NCBI GenBank assembly: GCA_019661785.1
Contig: JAIFWP010000002.1
Location: 105,059-159,868 of the forward strand
From: Candidatus Parcubacteria bacterium
Lineage (GTDB): Bacteria > Patescibacteriota > Minisyncoccia > Phycocordibacterales > Zambryskibacteraceae
Direction: 5' to 3'
Length of the DNA: 54,810 bases
Numbering within the stretch: position 1 is the stretch's first letter; each line of letters begins with the position of its first letter. The position numbers and the translations under genes are program-made. Shown here one piece after another: positions 32,741 to 40,139 of this stretch. The notes below the pieces were generated by a model. That model did not search any database. It worked only from the letters and a program-made list of their open reading frames with translations, and had not been told where the DNA came from.

Positions 32741-33436
32741 ATGTATATAAACACATGGAGCAACGTTCTTCAGCTCTCTTTCCAGAATCTCTGGATGGGG
32801 ATCGTTAACTTTGTTCCGAACCTAGTCATCGCTCTCGTCATAGTCATCATCGGATGGCTCATCGGCGCTCTCTTTGGCCGGGCGATTTGGCAGGTTTTCC
32901 GCTCTATCAAGCTCGATGAGGCCCTAAGGCGCGCAGGATTCGAAGGTTTCCTTCGCCGCGGTGGACTCAACCTTGATTCGGGCGCGTTCATCGGTGGTCT
33001 CGTAAAATGGTTCATAATCGTAGTCTTCCTTGTGGCAGCCTTCGACGTTTTGGGCCTTACTGAGGTCAATCTCTTCCTTCAGCAAGTGGTCATTGCCTAC
33101 CTACCTAGAGTTATCGTAGCGGCACTTGTCCTTCTTGCTTCTGGAGTGATAGGAGACATCGCCGAGAGAGTAGTCGTCACGGCTGCTCGCACTGCAGACA
33201 TCAAGTCAGCACACTTCGCAGGTGCTATCGCCAAGTGGGCAGTCTGGGTCTTCGGTATCCTCGTCGCTTTGTCCCAGCTCGGCATCGCCGCAGCTTTCAG
33301 CCAGACGCTCTTCACGGGCATCGTCATCGCCATCTCCTTGGCACTTGGCCTCTCCTTTGGCCTTGGTGGTCAGGATGCGGCAGGACGCTTCCTAGAGCGC
33401 TTGCGCGGAGATATGGGTGGACGTCATGGCAACTAA
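32741..33436 (+). CDS. Polytopic membrane protein (TM-helix-repeat / mechanosensitive-channel-like)
   Basis: 231 aa. The protein contains repeated hydrophobic helices with motifs resembling VPNLVIALVIVIIGWLIG. Confidence 0.5.
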   Translation: MYINTWSNVLQLSFQNLWMGIVNFVPNLVIALVIVIIGWLIGALFGRAIWQVFRSIKLDEALRRAGFEGFLRRGGLNLDSGAFIGGLVKWFIIVVFLVAAFDVLGLTEVNLFLQQVVIAYLPRVIVAALVLLASGVIGDIAERVVVTAARTADIKSAHFAGAIAKWAVWVFGILVALSQLGIAAAFSQTLFTGIVIAISLALGLSFGLGGQDAAGRFLERLRGDMGGRHGN

Positions 33437-33472
33437 ATCCCGGTATTAAGCTAGATAATACCTGAGATAGCT

Positions 33473-33494
33473 AAAGGCCCCGCAAGGGGCCTTT
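33473..33494 (+). terminator. Hairpin AAAGGCCCCGCAAGGGGCCTTT
   Basis: The stem-loop is perfect but the T-tract is short. Confidence 0.55.
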
Positions 33495-33520
33495 AGCGTG
33501 GAGTCTTGAGGCGGGTCGGT

Positions 33521-33549
33521 TTGACAATAGCCCTTGGTTTCTATACTAT
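33521..33549 (+). promoter_or_regulatory. Sigma70-type promoter TTGACA-N17-TACTAT restarting the r-protein operon at rpsS
   Basis: The hexamers and spacing were read directly. Confidence 0.6.
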
Positions 33550-33596
33550 ATTCCCCACAAGCGTTCGAACGCTTTTTGTTTTCTAATAAGCGATTA

Positions 33597-33941
33597 ATGA
33601 CAAGGTCAAGCAAAAAAGGCCCATACGTAGACCCTCGAGTGATGAAGAAGATCGAGGGCAAGAAGCCGGGTAATACTGGCGTTATTAAGACGTGGGCTAG
33701 AGCCTCGCAAATCGCTCCAGAGATGGTCGGATTCACCTTCGGAGTCCACAACGGACGCGACCACGTAGAGGTCTTCGTTACTGAGGACATGGTTGGGCAC
33801 CGCTTGGGCGAGTTCTCTCTTACGAGGAAGTTCGTTAAGCACGGCGGTAAGATGCAGAAGGAGATAGAGGTCAAGGCCAAGGAGTCTGAGGTTGCAGCCG
33901 CTAAGGCCGCCAAAGCCTCGACCGAAACTAAGAAAGCATAA
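33597..33941 (+). CDS. rpsS: 30S ribosomal protein S19 (with Lys/Ala-rich C-terminal extension)
   Basis: I chose the ATG at 33597. The S19 blocks [23 protein letters not shown] and [13 protein letters not shown] are present. Confidence 0.94.
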   Translation: MTRSSKKGPYVDPRVMKKIEGKKPGNTGVIKTWARASQIAPEMVGFTFGVHNGRDHVEVFVTEDMVGHRLGEFSLTRKFVKHGGKMQKEIEVKAKESEVAAAKAAKASTETKKA

Positions 33942-33950
33942 TCACTATAC

Positions 33951-34283
33951 ATGGCCGAAGCTAAAGCAAGTCTCAATAATTACCGCCAGTCGCCTAGGAA
34001 GGTCCGCGTAGTTGCCGACCTTATGAGAGGCAAGTCGGTCGAGGATGCTTTGGTCACCCTTACCTTCACCACGAAGCGCGCTTCCGGCCCGCTAGAGAAG
34101 CTCCTTGCTTCGGCTATTGCTAACGCTAAGAGCCTGTCTTTGCCACTCGATAAACTTGTGGTTAAGGAAATCCGCGTCGACAGCGGAGCTACGCTCAAGC
34201 GACGCAAGTCCCGCTCACGCGGCCTTGCTAACCCTATAAAGAAGCGCACATCCCATATCAATATCGTGCTAGCCGAAAAATAG
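33951..34283 (+). CDS. rplV: 50S ribosomal protein L22
   Basis: 110 aa. The segment RQSPRKVRVVADLMRGKSVEDAL...RSRGLANPIKKRTSHI is L22. Confidence 0.94.
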   Translation: MAEAKASLNNYRQSPRKVRVVADLMRGKSVEDALVTLTFTTKRASGPLEKLLASAIANAKSLSLPLDKLVVKEIRVDSGATLKRRKSRSRGLANPIKKRTSHINIVLAEK

Positions 34284-34297
34284 ACTGAAAAACTAAT

Positions 34298-34966
34298 ATG
34301 ACACACACAGTACATCCATATTCGCACCGCCTAGGCATCTTGAGGGACTGGAAGTCCCGATGGTTCTCGCCTAAGGGCAAGTTCTCCGAGTTTCTCGCGG
34401 TGGATGTGCTTGTGAGAGCCTTCCTAGAGAAGCGTCTCAAGGGCCAGTTCGTCTCGGACATTGAGATAGAGAGGAACCAGAAGGCTATCCGTATCATCGT
34501 CTCCACCTCTCGCCCAGGCATGATCATAGGACGCCAGGGCGACGGCTCACAGAAGCTCCTCGCGGAGTTGAAGAAAGTCCTCGAGAGGAAGAAGCTCTTG
34601 CCCCAGAAGGTCGAGCTCAAGCTCGATATCCGCGAGATAAAGTCGCCTGAGTCGAACGCTGCTATCGTCGGCGAGATGGTCGTCGAAGGACTTGAGAAGC
34701 GCTTGCCCTTCCGCCGCGTGGTAAAGAGCATGCTAGAGAAGGTCATGGCCAACCGCGATGTGCAGGGCGTGCGCATTTACCTCGCTGGACGCTTGGGAGG
34801 CGCGACTATGAGCCGCACCGAGGATAGGAAGCTCGGACGCATCCCTCTTCAGACCTTCCGCGCTGACGTAGACTACGCTCAGGTGAAGGCCATCATGCCT
34901 TACGGCACTATTGGCGTGAAGGTCTGGATATATCGCGGAGACATTTTCGACAAAGATAAAAAATAA
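34298..34966 (+). CDS. rpsC: 30S ribosomal protein S3
   Basis: 222 aa. VHPYSHRLG...W.SRWF is present, along with a KH domain and GRLGGATMSRTE. Confidence 0.96.
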   Translation: MTHTVHPYSHRLGILRDWKSRWFSPKGKFSEFLAVDVLVRAFLEKRLKGQFVSDIEIERNQKAIRIIVSTSRPGMIIGRQGDGSQKLLAELKKVLERKKLLPQKVELKLDIREIKSPESNAAIVGEMVVEGLEKRLPFRRVVKSMLEKVMANRDVQGVRIYLAGRLGGATMSRTEDRKLGRIPLQTFRADVDYAQVKAIMPYGTIGVKVWIYRGDIFDKDKK

Positions 34967-34967
34967 T

Positions 34968-35390
34968 ATGTTATTTCCTAAGAAAGTTAAATACCGCAAG
35001 TGGCACACCATGCGCAAGAACCCTCTCAAGGTGGGTGCGGCTACTCGCGGCGTTACCGTCGCCTTCGGCTCCTTCGGCCTCAAGGCTACTGACCAGGCTC
35101 GCATCAAGTCGAACCAGATAGAAGCGGCTCGTAAGGTGCTCTCCCGCTCTATAGGCAAGTCGGGCCGCCTTTGGATTCGCATTTTCCCTGACATGCCTTA
35201 TACTGCGAAGCCCGCTGAAGTGAAGCTAGGTAAGGGCAAGGGCGACCTCCAGGGCTATGTAGCCCCGGTTAGGGCCGGACGCGTGCTCTTCGAGGTTGAC
35301 GGCATCCCTGAGGCCGCGGCTCGAGAGGCTCTACGCAAGGCTGGCACCAAGCTCCCGGTTAAGACTCGTATCGTCGCAAGACAGCAATAA
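34968..35390 (+). CDS. rplP: 50S ribosomal protein L16
   Basis: 140 aa. The L16 blocks MLFPKKVKYRKWH, IEAARKV and KGKGDLQGYVAPV are present. Confidence 0.96.
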   Translation: MLFPKKVKYRKWHTMRKNPLKVGAATRGVTVAFGSFGLKATDQARIKSNQIEAARKVLSRSIGKSGRLWIRIFPDMPYTAKPAEVKLGKGKGDLQGYVAPVRAGRVLFEVDGIPEAAAREALRKAGTKLPVKTRIVARQQ

Positions 35391-35413
35391 AATACTGCTC
35401 ATAAATTCGCAAC

Positions 35414-35638
35414 ATGGCTAAGAAACTCACAGGAACAGTAGTATCGAACAAGATGAAGGACACCGTCGTCGTCCTTGTTCAAACATATGAGAAGCATCCT
35501 AAGTATGAGAAGTTCATTAAGCGACACAAGAAGTTCAAGGCCCACGACGCTGGCAATGTGAAGCAGATGGGGGATAAGGTCACCATCGAGGAGACGAGAC
35601 CTATTTCCAAAGATAAGCATTTCAAAGTTTTAAACTAA
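35414..35638 (+). CDS. rpsQ: 30S ribosomal protein S17
   Basis: 74 aa. The S17 blocks LTGTVVSNKMKDTVVVLV, KAHD and GDKVTIEETRPISKDKHF are present. Confidence 0.95.
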   Translation: MAKKLTGTVVSNKMKDTVVVLVQTYEKHPKYEKFIKRHKKFKAHDAGNVKQMGDKVTIEETRPISKDKHFKVLN

Positions 35639-35639
35639 T

Positions 35640-36011
35640 ATGATCCAGCCACGCAGCATAGTCGAGATAGCAGACAACTCCGGAGCCAAGGTCGGACGCA
35701 TCTTCAAGGTGCTTGGTTCCTCGAAGAAGCGCTACGCCCGCATTGGCGACATCGTCGTCCTCTCAGTGCAGAAGGCTGAGCCCCGCAAGCAGGTGAAGAA
35801 GAAGGACGTCCTCTATGCCATAGTCGTCCGCCAGAAGGCCCCTTTCCGTCGCGTAGACGGTTCGTATGTGCGCTTTGACGAGAACGCAGTCGTCATCCTC
35901 GACAAGGGCAAGGAGGAGCCTATGGCAGGACGTATCTTCGGCCCAATACCTAGGGAGATTGGTGAGAAGGGCTTCCAGACTATTATCTCTAGAGCCCCAG
36001 AGGTTGTTTAA
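35640..36011 (+). CDS. rplN: 50S ribosomal protein L14
   Basis: 123 aa. The L14 blocks MIQPRSIVEIADNSGAK and VRFDENAVVIL are present. Confidence 0.97.
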   Translation: MIQPRSIVEIADNSGAKVGRIFKVLGSSKKRYARIGDIVVLSVQKAEPRKQVKKKDVLYAIVVRQKAPFRRVDGSYVRFDENAVVILDKGKEEPMAGRIFGPIPREIGEKGFQTIISRAPEVV

Positions 36012-36021
36012 ATATACTGAT

Positions 36022-36237
36022 ATGCACGTAAAGAAAAACGATGATGTAATAGTGCTCACCGGCAAGGACAAGGGCAAGTCCGGCAAGATTGTGCGCGCCT
36101 TCCCCAAGCTCGGTCAGGTGGTTATAGACGGCATCAATATAAAAAAGATCCATGAGAAGAAGGGGACTGGCGGCAAGGGTCAGATAGTAGAGCGTGCATA
36201 CCCTATAGACGCCTCGAATGTTCGACTAAAGAAATAA
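36022..36237 (+). CDS. rplX: 50S ribosomal protein L24 (short)
   Basis: I chose the ATG at 36022. MHVKKNDDVIVLTGKDKGKSGKIV is a KOW motif. Confidence 0.92.
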   Translation: MHVKKNDDVIVLTGKDKGKSGKIVRAFPKLGQVVIDGINIKKIHEKKGTGGKGQIVERAYPIDASNVRLKK

Positions 36238-36246
36238 AACAACTGT

Positions 36247-36780
36247 ATGGAAAACTTAAAGACTAAAACCAAGAGCTTGAAGGGATACACGAACCCGATG
36301 CAGCAGCCAAAGATTGTTAAGGTCGTGGTCTCTGTAGGCGTAGGCTCTCTCAAGGATAAGAACAAGATTAAGGTTATCGAAGACCGACTTTTGAAGATAA
36401 CTGGACAGAAGGCCGCACCAAGAGGCGCGAAGATAGCTATCGCTAACTTCAAGAGCCGCCAGGGTGATGTCGTAGGCTACCAGGTCACTCTACGAGGGGC
36501 ACGCATGCAGGACTTCCTCGAGCGCCTCATACACATCTCTCTCCCTCGTACCAAGGACTTCCGAGGCATATCCAAAAACTCCGCTGACGAGATGGGCAAC
36601 TACACCTTGGGCATTAAGGAGCACACCATCTTCCCTGAGACTGCCGACGAGGAGTTGAAGGATGTCTTCGGCCTCGCCATCACCGTAGTCACTACCGCTA
36701 AGAGCCGCAAGGAGGTACAGGACTTCCTCGAGCATCTCGGCTTCCCATTCAAAAAGGTCGAAGAGCCAAAGAAGAGATAG
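36247..36780 (+). CDS. rplE: 50S ribosomal protein L5
   Basis: 177 aa. The L5 blocks PKIVKVVVSVGVG, FKSRQGDVVGYQVTLRG and RDFRGIS are present. Confidence 0.96.
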   Translation: MENLKTKTKSLKGYTNPMQQPKIVKVVVSVGVGSLKDKNKIKVIEDRLLKITGQKAAPRGAKIAIANFKSRQGDVVGYQVTLRGARMQDFLERLIHISLPRTKDFRGISKNSADEMGNYTLGIKEHTIFPETADEELKDVFGLAITVVTTAKSRKEVQDFLEHLGFPFKKVEEPKKR

Positions 36781-36802
36781 ATAAATAATCAATGAATACA
36801 CG

Positions 36803-36828
36803 AAGCCCCGGCGATTGCCGGGGCTTTT
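36803..36828. terminator. Bidirectional hairpin AAGCCCCGGCGATTGCCGGGGCTTTT between rplE and the antisense cassette
   Basis: It has a perfect stem, a T-tract on the plus strand and TTCGTGTATT on the minus strand. Confidence 0.7.
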
Positions 36829-36833
36829 GCTAT

Positions 36834-37151
36834 CTACAGTCGGACTCGGGAGCCGAAAGGAACATTGCCGAAGACTCCCATGAGGTCTTCTGCTGTGATT
36901 TGCTCGGCGCGGCGTGCGCCGATAACCATGAGCTGGAGGCGTGCCTGCGTCAGCCGCATTCGTCGGATGAAGTGGATGGATTCCTTCTTCGACCATCCCG
37001 GATGCTCGAGCATGAAGGCGGAAACCTCCTCCTTCTTTGGCTTGTCGCGAAGCCACTGCTTGGCTTCCTTCGCAGAGCAGTTGCGTAGGTCCATCGCTCC
37101 TTCGACGAGTCGTGGGTCGAGGCGGAAGCCTCCAAAATTGAGTTTCCACAT
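36834..37151 (-). CDS. Hypothetical protein, 105 aa (antisense cassette inside the spc operon)
   Basis: SD GGAGGTGG lies upstream. The ATG shares one nucleotide with the upstream stop (TGATG). It contains EEVSAFMLEHPGWSKKESIHF, similar to a motif in the upstream ORF. Confidence 0.55.
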   Translation of the reverse strand: MWKLNFGGFRLDPRLVEGAMDLRNCSAKEAKQWLRDKPKKEEVSAFMLEHPGWSKKESIHFIRRMRLTQARLQLMVIGARRAEQITAEDLMGVFGNVPFGSRVRL

Positions 37152-37300
37152 CAGCCACCTCCAACAATTTCGAGAGCAAGATCAACCGCGAACTTGGTTC
37201 TGAAGTAGACCGCGATTTGGTGGTCGTCCCAGTCGGGGTGCTCTTCCTTCAGCTTGGCAACTTCGGCTTCGGTGGGCTTCAGGGACTTTTTGTCCGCCAT
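37151..37300 (-). CDS. Hypothetical micro-protein, 49 aa (MADKKSLKPTEAEVAKLKEEHPDWDDHQIAVYF...)
   Basis: I chose the internal ATG at 37300 of ORF 37151-37378, with SD GGAG 6 nt upstream. It is translationally coupled to the downstream ORF. Confidence 0.45.
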   Translation of the reverse strand: MADKKSLKPTEAEVAKLKEEHPDWDDHQIAVYFRTKFAVDLALEIVGGG

Positions 37301-37332
37301 TTTGGCTCCAGAAAGGGGTCTTGGATAATTAT

Positions 37333-37369
37333 GCTCCAAACGAAACCCCGCGCAAGCGCGCGGGGCTTT
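37333..37369 (-). terminator. Rho-independent terminator of the 37574 ORF
   Basis: On the minus strand, AAAGCCCCGCGCGCTTGCGCGGGGTTT is followed by CGTTTGG. Confidence 0.65.
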
Positions 37370-37574
37370 ATCTGGCACTGGTGGCTCGTTGGAGTCGCCG
37401 GGCCAACTCGATGGTCTGAGGTATGGATGGTACCCCAGTAGGGTATTGGTCGACCACTGCGCGTCCGTCGTCTATCATTTCGAGAGCTTCGACCAAGAAG
37501 TCTCTCGGCACAGTTTCCATCTTCCTCTTAGCCATGAGGCCCTCGACTAAGTGCACAAAAGTCATTGCGGTCAT
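37368..37574 (-). CDS. Hypothetical protein, 68 aa (antisense cassette inside the spc operon)
   Basis: I chose the internal ATG at 37574 of ORF 37368-37631, with SD GAGGAGG 11 nt upstream. The ORF has its own terminator. Confidence 0.45.
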   Translation of the reverse strand: MTAMTFVHLVEGLMAKRKMETVPRDFLVEALEMIDDGRAVVDQYPTGVPSIPQTIELARRLQRATSAR

Positions 37575-37702
37575 TTGGCACCTTGCCTCCTCTGGGGTCT
37601 TTTGGGGTGGGGTCTTGAAGTAAGCTAGCACATATGTTAGTCTGGTGCCACGGCTTTACCGCCTTTTTTGTCTCTATTTAAGGCGTTTAGCAAGCTCACA
37701 TA

Positions 37703-37888
37703 ATGGCCAAAACCTCAGTTATCGCAAGAAGCAAGAAGAAGCCCAAGTTCTCAACTCGGGCTACTAATCGCTGCTTCCGCTGTGGCCGCAAGCGCGGCTT
37801 CATGCGAGACTTCGGTCTCTGCCGTATCTGCTTCCGCGAGCTTGCTAACGAGGGCAAGATCCCAGGCATTAAGAAGTCTTCCTGGTAA
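37703..37888 (+). CDS. rpsN: 30S ribosomal protein S14 type Z (zinc-binding)
   Basis: 61 aa. The sequence [24 protein letters not shown] contains the CxxC...CxxC zinc motif. Confidence 0.95.
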   Translation: MAKTSVIARSKKKPKFSTRATNRCFRCGRKRGFMRDFGLCRICFRELANEGKIPGIKKSSW

Positions 37889-37897
37889 TACATACAC

Positions 37898-38284
37898 ATG
37901 AACCCTATCGCAGACATGCTCATCCATATGAAGAACGCCGGACACGCCGGTCGCCACAATGTGGTAGTTGGTTACTCTAAGATCAAGCACGACATTGCTG
38001 ACGTTCTCAAGGAAGAGGGTTATGTGAAGGCGGTAGAGAAGAAGTCGAAGGGCGCTAAGCACTCGCTCTCTATAGACCTCTTCGTCGAAGAGAGGAATCC
38101 TAAGGTCAAGGGAGTAAAGATTATCTCCAAGTCCTCGAAACGCGTATACAAGAAGGCTGCTGACATCCACGCTGTGCGCCAGGGCTATGGACTCTTGGTC
38201 CTCTCTACTCCTCAGGGAGTCATGGCTGGACACAAGGCCAAGAAGGCTGGTGTCGGCGGTGAGGCACTATTTTCAATCTGGTAA
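37898..38284 (+). CDS. rpsH: 30S ribosomal protein S8
   Basis: 128 aa. The S8 blocks MNPIADMLIHMKNA, ISKSSKRVY, LVLSTPQGVM and GGEALFSIW are present. Confidence 0.96.
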   Translation: MNPIADMLIHMKNAGHAGRHNVVVGYSKIKHDIADVLKEEGYVKAVEKKSKGAKHSLSIDLFVEERNPKVKGVKIISKSSKRVYKKAADIHAVRQGYGLLVLSTPQGVMAGHKAKKAGVGGEALFSIW

Positions 38285-38313
38285 TTTCGAGTTTACGAGA
38301 AATCAAAAACAGC

Positions 38314-38847
38314 ATGTCACGAATTGGTAAACAAATAATAACACTTCCCGAGAAGACGGAGATAACAGTCTCTGAGAGGACTTTTGCTGTGAAGGGCCCC
38401 CTTGGCGAAGTGACTCGCAACACTCACCCAATGATTGAGGTGAAGGTGAACGGCAGGGAAGTCACCGTGGAGCCTAAGAGGCTTACTCTTGAGAGCCGTG
38501 CTCTCTGGGGTACTTATGCTTCGCACCTTAAGAACATGGTGGACGGAGTGAACAAGGCCTTTGAGAAGAAGCTCGTCCTCGAGGGTATCGGCTACAAGTC
38601 CGAGGTCAAGGGCGACGAGATGGTCTTTGCCCTCGGCTTCTCGCATCCGGTAAGAGTGAGCGTCCCTAAGGACCTCAAGGTCACCGCAGAGAAGAATGTC
38701 ATCACCGTGAGCGGTGTAGACAAGGAGAGAGTTGGCGAGTTCGCCGCTAAGCTCCGCGACCTTAAGAAGCCAGAGCCTTACAAGGGTAAAGGTATGCGCT
38801 ACTCTGACGAGGTCATTAAGCGCAAGCAGGGCAAGAAGACAGCCTAA
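38314..38847 (+). CDS. rplF: 50S ribosomal protein L6
   Basis: 177 aa. The L6 blocks MSRIGKQIITLP, LEGIGYK and KPEPYKGKGMRY are present. Confidence 0.96.
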   Translation: MSRIGKQIITLPEKTEITVSERTFAVKGPLGEVTRNTHPMIEVKVNGREVTVEPKRLTLESRALWGTYASHLKNMVDGVNKAFEKKLVLEGIGYKSEVKGDEMVFALGFSHPVRVSVPKDLKVTAEKNVITVSGVDKERVGEFAAKLRDLKKPEPYKGKGMRYSDEVIKRKQGKKTA

Positions 38848-38856
38848 TACACGCAC

Positions 38857-39177
38857 ATGAAATTAAACCAGAAACAGGCTAAAAGGGAGAGAAACCACAA
38901 GAAGATCCGTTCCCAAATCTCCGGTACGGCTACTTTGCCTCGCTTGGCTGTCTTCAAGTCGAACACTGCCATCTCAGCCCAGCTTATCGACGACGAGCGC
39001 GGAGCTACTCTGGCTCACGCCAGAGGCAAGGATGCCGAGAAGGTTGGTGCTGAGGTGGCCAAGGCGGCTATCGGCAAGTCGATAGAGGCCGTGGTCTTCG
39101 ACCGAGGCGGATACATATACACTGGCAAGGTCAGAGCCCTAGCTGATGCAGCTCGCAAGGCCGGACTCAAATTCTAA
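38857..39177 (+). CDS. rplR: 50S ribosomal protein L18
   Basis: 106 aa. The L18 blocks [31 protein letters not shown] and [13 protein letters not shown] are present. Confidence 0.95.
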   Translation: MKLNQKQAKRERNHKKIRSQISGTATLPRLAVFKSNTAISAQLIDDERGATLAHARGKDAEKVGAEVAKAAIGKSIEAVVFDRGGYIYTGKVRALADAARKAGLKF

Positions 39178-39181
39178 TATT

Positions 39182-39847
39182 ATGGAACCAGAAACAATCA
39201 CACAAGTAACACCAGAGGCAACTCCCGCTCTCCCGACGAACGAAGTTGTCGGGACTCCGACTGCAAGCGTCGGAGCTGCAAGGAACGACAACAGGATGAG
39301 TCGAGACCCAAGAGCTGCTCCTCCTAGAGGCGGCAGACGAGACAACCGCCGCGGGCCTCGCCGCGACACCAGACCTAAGTCTGAGTTCGACCAGAAGATA
39401 GTTAGCCTCCGCAGAGTGACCAGAGTGACTTCCGGCGGTAGGCGCTTCGCCTTCGCTGTCTGCGTGGTAGCAGGCAACAGGAAGGGCATGGTCGGAGTCG
39501 GCCAGGGCAAGGCAGGAGATACGCCTCTCGCTATAGAGAAGGCCTTCCGCGACGCAAAGAAGAACATGATAACCGTGAACACCACCTCAAAGATGTCCAT
39601 CCCTCACGAGACAGAGGCCAAGTTCGCCGCATCAAGGGTGAGAATCATGCCTGCTCCGGGCAAGGGGATACTCGCAGGCTCTTCCGTCCGTGCCGTCCTC
39701 GAGCTCGCCGGCATGCGCGAGATATCGGCCAAGCTCTTCTCCCGCTCGAAGAACAATATCAATAACGCATACGTAGCCATCGAAGCGCTTAAGAAGCTCT
39801 CCGGTACGAAGTTGAAGCGTGTCCACCGAGAGGCCGTCACCAAATAA
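39182..39847 (+). CDS. rpsE: 30S ribosomal protein S5 (with ~60-aa disordered N-terminal extension)
   Basis: I chose the ATG at 39182. The S5 blocks VSLRRVTRVTSGGRRFAF, VVAGNRKGMVGVGQGKA and GSSVRAVLELAG are present. Confidence 0.93.
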   Translation: MEPETITQVTPEATPALPTNEVVGTPTASVGAARNDNRMSRDPRAAPPRGGRRDNRRGPRRDTRPKSEFDQKIVSLRRVTRVTSGGRRFAFAVCVVAGNRKGMVGVGQGKAGDTPLAIEKAFRDAKKNMITVNTTSKMSIPHETEAKFAASRVRIMPAPGKGILAGSSVRAVLELAGMREISAKLFSRSKNNINNAYVAIEALKKLSGTKLKRVHREAVTK

Positions 39848-39856
39848 TATAAGTAT

Positions 39857-40135
39857 ATGCAGTCCAACACTCTACAAGCCAAGACCAAGCGCACAAGAAG
39901 CCGACAAGTCGGTCGAGGCGGCACGCGCGGCAAGACCTCAGGCAAGGGCACCAAGGGGCAGAACGCTCGCGCCGGACGCAAGAAGCGCCCTGAGCTCCGC
40001 GACTTCATCAAGCGCTTCCCTAAGCTCCGTGGCCGCGGCAAGAACTCCTTCAAGGCCTTCCAGCCTAAGCTCTCCGGCGCTGCGCTAAAGGCCCACCTAG
40101 CTGAGAAGAAGGCAAAGAAAGCAGATAAGAAGTAA
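39857..40135 (+). CDS. rplO: 50S ribosomal protein L15 (truncated, 92 aa; N-terminal extended region only)
   Basis: The RQVGRGGTRGKTSGKGTKGQNARAG...FPKLRG pattern is L15. secY starts 5 nt after the stop, so no C-terminal globular domain is encoded here. Confidence 0.85.
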   Translation: MQSNTLQAKTKRTRSRQVGRGGTRGKTSGKGTKGQNARAGRKKRPELRDFIKRFPKLRGRGKNSFKAFQPKLSGAALKAHLAEKKAKKADKK

Positions 40136-40139
40136 TACC

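Noticed and set aside
36490-37185. 231-aa minus-strand ORF spanning the rplE 3' end and the cassette, plus the plus-strand ORFs 36792-37088 and 36865-37203.
   Set aside because: They cross the bidirectional terminator and the rplE coding region. Their translations are R/S/P-rich nonsense, and the alternative frames have SDs and coupling.
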